Source: Squatina squatina (lineage: Eukaryota). From it: a DNA stretch of 40,896 nucleotides. The stretch lies in assembly GCA_031763465.1 (NCBI GenBank), contig JARFOE010000219.1:12273203-12314098 (forward strand), read 5' to 3'. A program made the position numbers and the translations under genes. The notes below the pieces were generated by a model. It ran no database searches and was not told the DNA's origin. It saw only the letters and a list, made by a program, of their open reading frames with translations. This document shows positions 12,084 to 25,117 of the stretch, piece after piece (positions within the stretch are counted from its first letter, which is position 1; each line of letters begins with the position of its first letter).

Positions 12084-12849
12084 TTTGCAGGGCTGGAAGC
12101 AAAGCAAATATTTGGATCAAGAAATTGCCGCTAAGAATGGAAATTGATTTTTTAATTGTCAACTGGTTGATATTCTAAATTGAAATGCAGCGTTTTTAAT
12201 CTCCACTGCACCTCAGTTAATTAGGTGGTCATTTTATGACGGACCCTTTTTTTTTGCACGCACGTAAAAATTGGTACAATACTTCAACAGTATTTTTACT
12301 AGGGAAGGAGGAAATTGCCAGCTATCAGGACAATGTATCAGATTTAATGATGCTTTGGCAGTTAAAGTCTAATTAGATTTTTACAGACTCTAATGCCACA
12401 TGCAAATAAAAAGGGAGATCATTTCAAGGGCATGACATCCAATTACTGGAACAGAGCATTCCATAGCACCATAGGAATGACAAACACCATAGTCTCCATC
12501 TCAATTGTTCACGGACAGATTGTATCTCTGGTGGCTTCTATTCAATTGTGTTCACCACAAAATGCAGTTCTGCTGAGTCGCTGTGAAAGCGACGGAACAA
12601 TTTTTTTAGGGAACAAGAAAATCCCATTGGGCCGTACGGCCATTCTCAACCCCATCTACCTGCCTTCTCACTGTGTCTCTCGTCTCCTTTGACATAAAAT
12701 TATGTAGAATATACAGCACAGAANNNNNNNNNNNNNNNNNNNNNNNNNNNNNNNNNNNNNNNNNNNNNNNNNNNNNNNNNNNNNNNNNNNNNNNNNNNNN
12801 NNNNNNNNNNNNNNNNNNNNNNNCACCTTGCTGATGAGGCCTATTTCGG

Positions 12850-13028
12850 TGGCCAATATTTATCCCAACGTCACTAAAACAGACAATCTGGTCACCACCA
12901 CGTTGCTGTGCGCAATTTGACTGCCGTGTTCCCTACATTACAACAGTGGCTACACTTCAAAAAGTGCTTAATTGGCTATAAAGTGCTTTGGGATGTCCTG
13001 AGGTCAGGAAAGGTGCTATATACATGCA
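12850..13028 (+). mobile_element. SacSINE1/DeuSINE-like SINE, 3' half
   Basis: ggccaatatttatccc...tacattacaacagtggctacacttcaaaa...ctttgggatgtcctgaggtcaggaaaggtgctatata. Confidence 0.75.
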
Positions 13029-13897
13029 GGGCTAGAGTTCGTCCTGTGTGCTGCCTCACATGCGCTGCTGTCCCCTGTAAGCAGCCTTGCTCTTGGACGT
13101 AACAGCAAACCAGGTCCATCAATCAGCACTTCAAGGCAAGCGACGCCCACTGGCTGTTTTATTTTCCCAGACGTTCTCGGACATATTTGGACAGCGGGAA
13201 TAATTGTACAATCTGCTCTTTGGCAGTTAGAGATGCCCTTGATCATCCTTTTGTATTCCACAGGCATGAACTTGTCACCGTCCAGGCACTTCATCTTCTT
13301 TCATTCTAACTGGCTCCGACATTGAGCGACCCATCATGTTGGTGAAATGAAAGAGGGAAAAATATGATTTATTTGCAGGCCGCACAACTCCCACAGTGAC
13401 CCCTGTCAAGAACTGAAAGAGAATCAACACTAGGTCGGATATCACAATTCATTTCAGAGTCAATAGTTGTAGACTAGACCCATATCATTTTAATACTTAT
13501 CCTTTCATTTCTATCTCATATATTTCTCACTGACACAAAATGGGTGTGAGTGAGAATTTATTCTATCCTCGTTTTATAAGAAATGCTTAATCCATCCGCT
13601 TCAATTTACATTTATTATACTTCACCTTTCTCACACTGCTGCCAGACGCTCAGTCAAACACATAACATGATGACAAACCCGTTCCAAAGAATGTACTGAA
13701 TCATTGCCCATTCGCTGTCTTTTTGTCAAACCCTCGAGGGATCCTGTACCAGGCGTGGCATTGTCCCCCTCATACTTTGCTTTAATGCCAGGAGCCTNNN
13801 NNNNNNNNNNNNNNNNNNNNNNNNNNNNNNNNNNNNNNNNNNNNNNNNNNNNNNNNNNNNNNNNNNNNNNNNNNNNNNNNNNNNNNNNNNNNNNNNN

Positions 13898-14005
13898 CTG
13901 CCCTTCTTCAAAATAATGTCATGGGATCTTTTATGTCCTCCTAAGAGGGCAGACGGGGCCTCGGTTTAACGTTTCCTACAAAAGAAGGCTGTTCCGACAG
14001 CGCCG
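13898..14005 (-). mobile_element. SacSINE1/DeuSINE-like SINE, central Deu-like region
   Basis: catgggatcttttatgtcc...gagggcagacggggcctcggtttaacgt. Confidence 0.7.
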
Positions 14006-14904
14006 TCACTGACATAGAGTAGCATCCCGTGCAACTCTGTCCATCTCCTTCCCCTTGGGGTGAACGTGATTTGTGATAAGGACAGAAAGCTCAGAGCCAG
14101 AAAGTGCGATTCGGCCCACTGTGCTCGCCCCCTTCAGAGCCCAGTGGCAGAGTGCTGTGCCACCCCAGCTCCGCTTTCCAAGTTTGTGCTTTTGGCCTTT
14201 TTTGAGTTGCAAAGGAGTTAAAGCAACAGGAGTAAAATTAGAGTTTGCAATTCGCTGAGTTTCATAAGCACCCCAGGTCCAGCTCAGTCTGATTTAAATG
14301 AGAATTGTGGATCGCCTGGCAATTTGTAATCTTCCTGTTGTAATCTATCTCCCGAGATCATCAGCTCAAGGATCTCAGTGCCATTAATAGCAAGCTCTTG
14401 GCATTTGCCGTCATAGATTTGAGGTTATTAAACAACGGGGAACGTGTGCATCTCTGGGTCTGTGGAGTTTTTCTCTGATTGATAAGTGGATTGTAAGTGC
14501 TGCCCGAGGAACATTATGTCTTGAAGCCGAGGGAACACAATCTCCTTCAGGGGCCTTTTCAGCAAGAATGAGCTTTTTCAATAAATCAGCATTTTCATGG
14601 AGCCGTTCCAGACAGCCAGGCACTCCGTAAGTGGATGAGAGTTATACCTCTTCAGTGGCTTTTTGACCACTTGAGAAGTCTGCAAGGAGTATTCGTTGTC
14701 TGGCCTGTCTTCTTATCCACAAATCGATTTTGCATTGTTCAAAGTTGCGCACAGTGGATCCATTAAAAAGTCAATGAAAAGAAAAGAAGTAACCTTTTAT
14801 TGGCAGAGAGGAATATATATCATAACTTGTGTAATAATGATCGTCATGCTGGAGTCAAAGAGGCACAACATCTATGAAGCTCTGTACCAAAGAACCAGAG
14901 ACGA

Positions 14905-15130
14905 CGTGAGGTAAAACATGAGCAGCGAGTTGTTGTGATCTGGGAAGCATTGCCTGAAAGGCTGGTGGAAAAGATTCAATAGTAATATTCAAAAGGATAA
15001 ATACTCCAGGAGGAAAGATTTGCAGGGCTATGGGGAAAGAGCAGGGGAGTGGGATTAATTGGACAGATCTTTCAAAGAGCTGGCACAGACACAATGGACC
15101 GAATGGCCTCCTTCTGTGCTGTATGATTCG
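14905..15130 (+). mobile_element. CR1 LINE 3' end
   Basis: gggctatggggaaagagcaggggagtggga...ccgaatggcctccttctgtgctgtatgattc. Confidence 0.8.
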
Positions 15131-15914
15131 ACATGACCAGTGCAGCCCAGGTCCTGTTTAGACAGACAAATTGCGGAGTGAAAGGAGACAGATACTGAAA
15201 GAAAGCACCGACATTGTCTTTTTGTGTTATCTATTATTTTTTGTCCTTAAAACAATACACAGTGATGACAAGGGTCAAAGTTGTACTGTTATCCTCTCAA
15301 TGTCCAGCCATGCAGCCATGCTAAAGTAGCTGCAAATCTTTCTGCCGTGAGGCCAGGCTAAGTCATATCCCCTCCAGGAGGCTAGGTTACGGTTCAGGCC
15401 TTATCCCAAAACTTCTTTTCTCGTGCAAACGACCCAATGGCATTTTCTGTAAACCTACATTTCCCGCCTGCCATCAACCTAATCATTTCAAACAGCGTCG
15501 AAATAAGACCAATCTTAAAATCTGGCCTATGATCTATCACAACCGGAAACCTGCGACTTTTACTAGTCCAATCGCGGTAAATTACTAATGTAGGATGCTN
15601 NNNNNNNNNNNNNNNNNNNNNNNNNNNNNNNNNNNNNNNNNNNNNNNNNNNNNNNNNNNNNNNNNNNNNNNNNNNNNNNNNNNNNNNNNNNNNNNNNNNC
15701 TTTGGCAGCAGTGGTAAGCAAGCGTTCTGCTTCTAGTCCCTGTTGGAAACCCGAAGCTAGTTGCATCCCCCAGCGGGAAGTGGGAGCTGCCGGCAGAATG
15801 AGCAGCGTGCCCTCTATGAACGCAAAGGCAGAGAATTTTCCCATTGATATAAATCATGTGGTGCATGGTTGCACTCATTCACTGAATATGGTGGTGCCAT
15901 CATTAAAAATGTTC

Positions 15915-16249
15915 TATCGAATGCCTGAAGGCATTCAGTCCCAAGTGACGCAGGGTTTGTCAGCCCCTGTATTACTGACCCCTTCTGCTGGAGGTCAGAA
16001 GCCCTTTGCAGAGTTGAAGAACACGCACAATTGATGTTTAGGCTGTTTATATGTGTTCAGTTTGATCAGTTTTGTCAATTTCAACTTTTATCGAAGCTTC
16101 AAGACATTCAGTCCCAAGTCTGTCAATCCATGTGTCACTGACCCCTTCTACTTGAAGCTAGCAACTCTGGGTTCTCGTGCAGAGTTGAAGAACATGGACA
16201 ATTGATATTTAGGCACTTCATATGGGTTCAGTTTGACCAATTTTTTGTC
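15915..16249. repeat. diverged direct tandem duplication, two units of about 165 bp
   Basis: Copies at 15915-16078 and 16089-16249 share cattcagtcccaagt, actgaccccttct, tgcagagttgaagaaca, caattgat and gttcagtttga. Confidence 0.85.
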
Positions 16250-16524
16250 ATCAGAAGATTGAAGAGGGTGGGGTTGCAGGAATCAAAGCGGGGAGGGGGA
16301 AAAAAGGTGTTAATTTTTTTGCCAATATTCCACCTTCATTTCCTGAAGGGGCTGGCTCTCCCATATGCATATTTCCACAGGCTATAGAGGAAGATGCTAA
16401 GTGGAAGCTAAGCATTTTCCCACAGAAAATAACATTTTGGATACAGTATATGAGCACTTTGAGACATGACATGTAGTAAGTGTAGTGTGCTTGGGAGGAA
16501 AGGTGACTTTGGATCATACCTTCC

Positions 16525-16712
16525 AAAGCTCTCCACCTCTCAGGGGTTTTCCTCTCCTCATCTCTGGGTCTGCTATAGACTAATTCATAAAGATTGATTG
16601 TTAAGATTCGTCAACAATCCCCATTGTCATTGCATCATGTGACTCCCAGGATGGTAGAAGGTGAACTAGATGGATCTTGGTCTTTCTTCATCCAGCGGGC
16701 CCGATGTTCCTA
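16525..16712 (+). mobile_element. old CR1-like 3' UTR fragment
   Basis: ggtagaaggtgaactagatggatcttggtctttcttcatc...gatgttccta resembles ancient CR1 tails. Confidence 0.45.
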
Positions 16713-17339
16713 AGGAATAGAAGTGGAGGGAGAGCTTTCTCGTGTATCTCACAGGTTAGCCGTTGCAGAATCCTAGGAGCAGGCTGCTTGCCCACACTGC
16801 CCAGAGAATGGTGCATGGCATGGTTAAACTGAAGAGAGGAAGAAAATACACACATGTTCTGCTAAATAAGAGGGTTAGCAATGAATTAAAAAATAATCCT
16901 GAAATAGCTGAAATCCAGTTTCTGGATTGTACTAAGAGGTTTAATTTTCTCTGCGCATTATTTTTCTACGCAGACTGATTGGTGCAGTCGCATTCGATTC
17001 CAATCTGTGCTCTTTTAACCCATTTCTTTTAAACAGCTCAGCTANNNNNNNNNNNNNNNNNNNNNNNNNNNNNNNNNNNNNNNNNNNNNNNNNNNNNNNN
17101 NNNNNNNNNNNNNNNNNNNNNNNNNNNNNNNNNNNNNNNNNNNNAGAAAGGGAAAGTTCCAATCATGATGACCAAAGCCATGGGAGAACTGATAATATTA
17201 TGTAAATGACATAAATGTGAGGATACTTTTTTCATCATTATGACAAATTAAAATTACCATTGGTATGGATTTGGAGAATATCAATGGATGCTGTCAATCA
17301 GAAGTGAAAGTGTGAAGGTTGATAGACATAGATTGACTG

Positions 17340-17785
17340 GGGCGAAAAGAGTTAAATTATGAGGACAGGTTGCATAGACTAGGCATGTGTTCCTTGAGTA
17401 TTGAAGGTTAAGGGGTGATCTAATTGAGGTGTTTAAGATGATTAAAGGAATCGATAGGGTTGATAGAGAGAAACTATTTTATCTGGTGGGGGCAGACCAG
17501 AACAAGCGGGCATAACCTTCAATTAGAGCCAGGCCGTTCAGGGGCAATGTCAGGAAGCAATTCTTCACACAAAGGGGAGTGCAAATCTGGAACTCTCTAC
17601 CCCACAAAGCATTAAGGATGGGGGTCAATTGAAAACTTCAAAGCTGAGATTGGTAGGTTTTTGTTTGGCAAGGGTGTTAAGGGTTACAGAACCAAGGAGG
17701 ATAAATGGAGTTGAGGTACAGATAAACCATCATCTAATTGTATGGTGGAACAGACTCGAGGGGCTCAATGGCCTGCTCCTGTTCC
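17340..17785 (+). mobile_element. CR1 LINE ORF2 C-terminus and 3' UTR
   Basis: aggttaaggggtgatctaattgaggtgtttaag (RLRGDLIEVFK) through gggctcaatggcctgctcctgttcc. Confidence 0.85.
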
Positions 17786-18222
17786 GAGTGCTTCAGTGGT
17801 TTGGTGTGTTGGGCGCCAGTAAAACCAGGCAATGGAGAGATATGGCCAGAATGTTTGGCTGCAATTTCCTTCCCACTCCCGACACGGCGCTTCCCAAATC
17901 ACAACTGAACGCTGATGACCCTTCCCAGCCACAGCTTTGTTATCGGCAACTGGGGGAAAAAAAGGCAAATGGGTTCAACTTAATCTCTATGAATCTTCAG
18001 AGAGTTACATGCCGTCTCTGATGCTGCAGCACCGCTCAATTCAGCACAGACAAAAACAAATGATAATGGTAAGTGACTACACAGCTTATCTGTTGGAGCA
18101 GAGCTGTCCTTTAGGTGAATTTNNNNNNNNNNNNNNNNNNNNNNNNNNNNNNNNNNNNNNNNNNNNNNNNNNNNNNNNNNNNNNNNNNNNNNNNNNNNNN
18201 NNNNNNNNNNNNNNNNNNNNNN

Positions 18223-18815
18223 CTGTATAAAGCACTAGTTAGGCCATAGCTGGAGTACTGCGTGCAGTTCTGGTCACTGCGCTATAGGAAAGATGTAATG
18301 GCACTCGAGAGGGTACAGAAGAGATTTACGAGGATGTTGTCCGGACTGGAGAATTTTAGTTATGAGGAAAGATTGGATAGGCTGGGAATGTTTGCTTTGG
18401 ACAGAGTAGACTGAGGGGAGACCTCATTGAGGTGTATAAATTATGAGGGGTCCAGATAGTGTGGATAGGAAGTTCCTATTCCCCTTGGCTGAGGGGTCAA
18501 TAACCAGGGGGCATAGATTTAGAGTAAGAGGTCGGAGGTTTAGAGGGGACTCGATTTTTTTCACCCAGAGAGTGGGTGGTGNNNNNNNNNNTGGGTGGTG
18601 GGGATCTGGAACTCACGGCCTGAAAGGGTGTTAGAGGCAGAAACCCTCATCACATTTAAAAAGCACTTGGATATGCACTGGGAGTGCCATAACCTACAGG
18701 ACTACCGACCAAGTGCCGGGAAGTGGGATTAGGCTGGATTGCTCTTTGTCGGCTGGCACGGACATGATGGGCCGAATGGCCTCCTTCCGTGCTGTAAATT
18801 TCTATGATTCTATGA
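18223..18815 (+). mobile_element. CR1 LINE ORF2 C-terminus and 3' UTR
   Basis: LYKALVRP*LEYCVQFWS...RLRGDLIEVYK, with tail ttctatgattctatga. Confidence 0.9.
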
Positions 18816-19679
18816 CTCTTGATGCCCTAAGGTTAATTAGGTTGCCATGCCAGCTTTGCCCACACATATTTTAAAATAATTCCAATATTTGTAGCTTGTG
18901 CCCAACAACTTGACTCCAAATAACAAACAGAGGAAGTCTTCTCCCCATTTCTCCGTCATTTATCTTCTGTTTGGTTCCTTTCAATGTGCTGGGCTTTGCC
19001 CCCTCAATAAGCAGAAGCTGTAAATTGCCCTCTTTGTCAATAGTTGCTCCTGGCAAAAAATTGGACCAGAAACACAGACGAGAAACACCCCACCCCCGCA
19101 TTAATAAAGTTATGTCTCTCACAATAAATAGCCAGCGTGGGAGATTGATTTCAAGACTGTAATCAAATCTCATTGCTCAAATGGCTGCTGTAAACTGCTC
19201 ACACTTATGTCAGGGCAGAAGGTGGGATTGCAGGGACAAAGACTATCTGAATGTAGCCACAATATCAAAAGTATTACTTTCAGGCCTCTTGAAACCTTGC
19301 AAAAGCAGCACACTGAGTGTGTAACGTGAGTCCCGGGGAGGGCGAGAATATACAATCAGAGTTTCATTTTCATCCCTTTGTCATCTCAAACACAGGGTTT
19401 AACAAGTTTCTTGATGGACCATCCTGCATTAGCCAAGGTTAAAAGATATTACGATTCCGACTCGTCAGTATGAACTATCTGACTTTAATCCTTTAATGAC
19501 CCTCATGTACTGGGATAATTGCTGCTATCGGGTACTTCTTATTTCACTTTAGTACTAGTCTGGTGTCTGAAAATTACACNNNNNNNNNNNNNNNNNNNNN
19601 NNNNNNNNNNNNNNNNNNNNNNNNNNNNNNNNNNNNNNNNNNNNNNNNNNNNNNNNNNNNNNNNNNNNNNNNNNNNNNN

Positions 19680-20033
19680 GAGGGGGGAAGATGGGAGGCC
19701 ACCCAGGTGTGCATTGGAAGTCAAGTCTAGAGGTAACAAAGGCATGGATAAGGTTTTCAACAGCAGACAAGCTGAGGCAGAGGCGGACTCTGGCGATGTT
19801 ATGGAGGTGGAAATAGGCGGTCTTAGTGATGGCGCAGAAATGTGACCGGAAGCTCACCTCGGGGTCAGATATAACATCAAGGTTGCGAATGGCCTGGCTG
19901 AGCCTCAGACAGTTCCCAGGGGAGGAATGGAGTCAGTGGCTCAGGAATGGAATCTGTGAAGGGGACCAAAGACAATGACTTCGGTCTTCCCAATATTTAG
20001 TTGAGGAAATTTCTGCTCATCCAGAACTGGATG
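19680..20033 (-). mobile_element. L2-type LINE ORF2 fragment
   Basis: MSFRSHFCAITKTAYFHLHNIARVRLCLSLSAVENLIHAFVTSRLD is the typical L2 post-RT segment. Confidence 0.85.
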
Positions 20034-20044
20034 AAGATTCATCT

Positions 20045-20185
20045 CATTGCTTTGTGCTGTGCACAAAATGGCTGCTGTGTTTACCAGCACAACTGTCACT
20101 GCTATTCAAGGTAACTAACTGTATGTGAAGCACATTGATACATCCCTAAAAGACACGATAGGATGTTACGCAAGTGCAAGTCTTT
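20045..20185 (+). mobile_element. degenerate DeuSINE-like 3' part
   Basis: gctgtgcacaaaatggctgctgtgttt...gtgaagcacattga...tgcaagtcttt parallels 12905-13028. Confidence 0.5.
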
Positions 20186-20722
20186 ATAAGATGAATGTAA
20201 CTTGCGCAGTTACATAATCTACAGTATCAGAATTTAATTGATATTGTAAGGCATTTAAGAAGCCAAAAATCTACAGAAATCTTTTCTGGCTCCACAACCT
20301 GACATTTAAATTATATCATGCTAATGTGTATTCATTTAGAGATATGTGAATTGGAAGAGAAAACGTGAGTGCAATGCCGTACTGATTCCTGATCTCAGAA
20401 AACATATTCTGCAGTTTGCCTGCCCCATTTTGTTTTAGTTAGTGCCCTAATACAGTTGCAAATGGCTGGTAGGCATGACAGGGATAACAAAAGCAGATGG
20501 AGCCAAAAAAAAAAAGTGAAGGTTTAATTATAGTAATTATCACCAGCAGCAGGAGGACAGGCCGTGCAAAGCTGAGCAAGTCTGCAGAGAAAAGTAAAAT
20601 AAAATGAGACCTGGAGCACAGGNNNNNNNNNNNNNNNNNNNNNNNNNNNNNNNNNNNNNNNNNNNNNNNNNNNNNNNNNNNNNNNNNNNNNNNNNNNNNN
20701 NNNNNNNNNNNNNNNNNNNNNN

Positions 20723-20965
20723 AGAGGGTGGTGAACCTGTGGAATTCTCTACCACAGAAGGCTGTGGAGGCCAAGTCATTAAATATATTCAAGAAGGAGT
20801 TAGATATATTTCTTGATACTAAAGGCATCAAGGGGTATGGGGAGAAAGCGGGAATATGGTACTGAGTTAGAGGATCAGCCATGATCATATTGAATGGCGG
20901 AGCAGACCCAAAGGGCCGAATGGCCTACTCCTGCTCCTATTCTCCATGTTTCTGTTTTCTATGTT
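20723..20965 (+). mobile_element. CR1 LINE 3' end
   Basis: agagggtggtgaacctgtggaattctctacc...gggccgaatggcctactcctgctcctat...ttctatgttt. Confidence 0.9.
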
Positions 20966-21689
20966 TACCATGACCCCTGACTGAGGTCAGCCTGCTCAGA
21001 ACAGGTCAGCAACCAAACCTCTGATCTTCTGAACTTTATGGCTCAGCTCCACAACATGAGCAAACCTCATTTATTTTAACAATATACCATGAATTGATAT
21101 GTTCCCTTACAGGCTGCATTACATGAACATTTCTTTCATATAATACTGAGAAGTCTGTAACCTTACAGCCCATGATCAATATTTTGCTTAATTAAAACAA
21201 AGTTTTGAAGTAACAAGCATCTGTTTTTCCAGGGTATACTCTAAATAAACAAAAAAGAGTTTTGTAAACAGCTTTTGATTTTTATTGTTATAAGTAGCCT
21301 GTAAGGGGATAATAAGCAAAGTAATACATATTTCTCAATATAGTCATCAACTCAGATGAGTGAGATTGGCTGCAGAGGGCTTCATAAGGTGCAAAGCCTG
21401 GAGAAGGCACAATGAGGAGTTCAATTGTTTACATGGTCGAAGCCAGCACATTCCATTACAGCCTTCTTAGCCATTGTCAAAGATTGGCTACCCATTAAAT
21501 ATTGCTGGAAGGCTGTTGGTCTATTGTAATTATGAGACATGCAGTTATCTACTAACCTTTGTTTCTGTATAACTTGTAAAGAGTCTGAATCATATTTCCA
21601 TGGGTGAGTTGGCTTGAGACAGCAGTCTACGGCGAGTGTTTCAGCATTGAAGACAGCGGCCAGAGAACTCTGTCTTTAAGTTTACTCAC

Positions 21690-22090
21690 ATCCCTTGCTA
21701 ACCTTGCATTAAAAAAAAAACTATCAACCTCAATCTTGATTGTCCCAGCACCCACGGCCTTATGTGAGAGAGAGATCCAAATTTCAAGGGATTCTGATTT
21801 TGTTCCTGAATGGCTTAGCTCTAATTTTAAGATAGGTCCCCTTGTTCATAGAATCCTAAAAGTTTTATGGCACAGGAGGAGGGCATTCGTCCCATCATGT
21901 CTGTGCCGGCCGAAGAAGGGCTATCCAGCCGAATCCCACTTTCCAGCCCTTGGTCCGTAGCCTTGTAGGTTACGTTCTTGATCCCCGATCAGAGTAAATA
22001 GTTTGTCTGTATCTACTCTATTGAAACCTATTAATATTTAAACACTTTGATGAGGTCACTCCTTGGCTTTCTAAACTCAAGGGAATGCAA
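21690..22090 (-). mobile_element. CR1 3' fragment containing a nested second CR1 tail (21848-21973)
   Basis: The host reverse CR1 (ctctaattttaagataggtccccttgttc...ttgatcccc...aaacactttgatgaggtcactcc) is interrupted by atagaatcc...ggttac, which matches the reverse of 18690-18810. Confidence 0.7.
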
Positions 22091-23054
22091 CCTGTCTTCA
22101 CGTAGCCAGGGAGCTCTGTGTTTAAGTTTTACGTGCAGAGAGGTCAGTATTAATGTTTCGCACTCAGGGAGCTCAGTGTTTATAGGTTTAGTATGGCCAG
22201 CCAATAGAAGAGTGAAAATGGTTTTCAAACGATACCCTGCTCCACAGCACACGATGTGAATTTATGTTTTCAAGTTGATGTTTAGAGAGGAAGCAAGTAG
22301 AATATTTATTATTTTATATATCAAGGAAAGTGGAAAAATGTACAAGTTGTTCACCTGTCTGATGCAAATAAAATCACTTGTTGGTTCAGAGTCTGCCTTG
22401 GCCTGGTTATAATAAATATTCAGTTCACTTCTGAAGACATGAGATGTGATACATCCCAGTAGCTAGTGTACAGCGAAAGGGTTCTCTGTCACTATTATTT
22501 ACCTGGATATTGGGCACGCTCTGAATCAACGGCGATGCAAGTGCTGCTAATGGGAGTGCCTGATGACACTGAACCTGAGATGCTTTTCACAGAAGACCTG
22601 AGTTTGTAACCATCCTGCACATTGTCACTGAACCTGTTCGTTGAGCCATCTCCTGTCTATCAACATCCTGTTGATGGTAACATGTCCAAAATCACACAGA
22701 ATGTTCTAAATGTGACTTCACTGATCATTTGTTCAAAGTTCGAATAGCTTGCTTTGGTTATAATTAAATGCCCTCGAGATGCATCTCAGCACTTGATTAG
22801 CCTTGTAGATAATAGCTTCACATTGGCCATCTGCTTACGGTCTATAAACAATAGCCCATAGAAACCTTCCAAAATATAATTATCGGCCCTATGAAGCTTT
22901 TGGAATACATTTTCAACTAATTCTAATTATCTTTGTATGCTTATTCAGCCCAAAACATTACACAGTATTGAACAATTTTACTCAGTTTATTCCTGCTGAT
23001 GGCAGCTGTTCTTAACCATCTTGTTCTCACATGAGCTGGGGAAGTACTTACCTA

Positions 23055-23428
23055 GTTACATAGAGTTACATAGAATGTACAGCACAGAAACAGACCATTC
23101 GGGTGTTTATGCTCCACACAAGCCTCCTCCCGCCCTTCTTCATCTCACCTTATCACCCTATCCTTCTATTCCATTCTCCGTCATGCGTTGATCTAGCTTC
23201 CCATTAAATGTGTCTATACTACTTGCCTTAAGCACTCCATGTGGTAGCACGTTCCACACTTTAGGTAAAGAAGTTTGTCCTGAATTCCTTATTGGATTTA
23301 TTAGTGACTATCTTATGTTGATGGCCTCTAGTTTTGCTCTCTCCTACAAGTCTCTACGTCTCCCCTATCAAACCCTTTCATTATCCTAAAGACCTCTATC
23401 AGGTCACTCCTCAGCCTTCTCTTTTTTA
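23055..23428 (-). mobile_element. CR1 LINE 3' end
   Basis: acatagagttacatagaatgtacagcacagaaacag...aagacctctatcaggtcactcctcagcc. Confidence 0.8.
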
Positions 23429-23858
23429 CTTAAAAGAAATTATTGGGATCCCAGCTTAGAAAAGACCCCTGTGAGTGCATTAGCAACACTCACACCAAAC
23501 CACCGGCAGGTCATTGGCGCGGTGTCATGGCTCTCCAGTGTCAGAGACAAGGCTCAGAAGAAAAGTGTCTTCCTCCCAATGGAGCAAGCGGATATCTTGA
23601 GTAAGTCCTCTCCGCGGTATATTATCTTTCCCTTAGTAATGGCTTGGGATCTTTTTACAGGCCTCAGACCTATGGAGGCCTTGCAGGGCAGAATTCTTCA
23701 GGTAGCTTTGGACCCCCTCCCAGGTATGGCCCATTGATGTAGAGGAGAGGCCAACAGANNNNNNNNNNNNNNNNNNNNNNNNNNNNNNNNNNNNNNNNNN
23801 NNNNNNNNNNNNNNNNNNNNNNNNNNNNNNNNNNNNNNNNNNNNNNNNNNNNNNNNNN

Positions 23859-23973
23859 AGAAAGCAGGTACAGGGTACTGAGTTGGATGATCAGCCATGA
23901 TCATATTGAATGGCGGTGCAGGCTCGAAGGGCCGATTGGCCTACTCCTGCACCTATTTTCTATGTTTCTATGT
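23859..23973 (+). mobile_element. CR1 LINE 3' terminus
   Basis: gatcagccatgatcatattgaatggcggtgcaggctcgaagggccg...ttctatgtttctatg. Confidence 0.9.
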
Positions 23974-24744
23974 ACCTCAGGAAAAATTCTGTTGTTCAGG
24001 TAGACTACTGCGCAGCAATCCGTCGAACATTGTGTTCATGGCACTCATGCGTAACACAATTGGCCTCTTGCTTGTAACAACCTCCTCCATGAGTGGAACG
24101 AATGCTGCAGGTCCATAACCTCCCACACAGTATCCTTTCTGCAGCACATGACAGGAATCTTGATAAATGTCACATCTTGAACCTTGCACTGTTTATTTTT
24201 CATGCTTCTTGACTTTTATCTTTGACAAATTAGTCAAAGTCTGGGTGTGTATTTGACTCAGTTAAATATGAATATCAGTGCGTGGAGTAGCGCATATATA
24301 GCCAATCATTTTTTTTTGTGTCTGTGCAGCGGAATGGCCCTGAAGGCCTGTAATTGCCTGAGAAAGATATTGCAAATACACCAAGTGGGCTGAAGACAAG
24401 CCTACAATATTTGAAAAGTCAAATGATATCATGAGTAATGTCAATACACATTTGAACTCCTAATTTGTTTTGCCTAATCAAAACAAACCACACACCAGAT
24501 ATAAATGATTACAGGATGTTTTATGCATTTGTGAATTATATTCCCCTTGCGCAAAGAAGAAAAGTAAGGGGGAACTTTCCAGTAAAGACTTTTCTTCAAA
24601 AAAGTACTTGAAAAGCTATGAAACATTAAAGCCGGCTTTAATCTTTATCTGACTATGCTACAGGTTGGTGAGACGACTGTTTCGTGGGTTGGTGCAAATT
24701 TTGGACGTGCAACAAAGAAAGAACTTGCCTTGCACAAGCTCAGG

Positions 24745-25117
24745 TACGGTAGCAGAGTGGTTATGTTAGTGGACTGGTTATCCAGTAGATCCAGACTAAT
24801 GATCTGGTAGACAATGTGTTCAAATCCCAACACAGCAGCTGGGGAAATTTATAATTCCGTTAATTAAATAAATCTGGGATTTAATTAAAAAGCTTGTATC
24901 AGTTAATGGTGACTATGAAACTTCTGGATTGCCATAAAAACCTGCCCTTCAGGGAGGGAAATCTTTACCCAGTCTGGCCTACATGTGACTCCATGGTGGT
25001 TGACTCTTAGCTGCCCTCAGAAATAGGCCTAGCAAGCCACTCAGTTGTGCCAAACTGCTATGACAAAATCACTGTGGGCGTACCTTCACCACAAGGACTG
25101 CAATGATTCAAGAAGGC
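24745..25117 (+). mobile_element. tRNA-derived SINE of a second family (not Deu-type)
   Basis: A-box-like ggtagcagagtggtt and B-box gttcaaatccc, body ccagtctggcctacatgtgactcca, tail ggactgcaatgattcaagaaggc. Family not assigned. Confidence 0.6.

Noticed and set aside
22503-22652. 150-nt open phase-1 segment on the minus strand with donor CAG|gtaaa
   Set aside because: The acceptor lacks a pyrimidine tract, the peptide is unrecognised and there is no linked exon.
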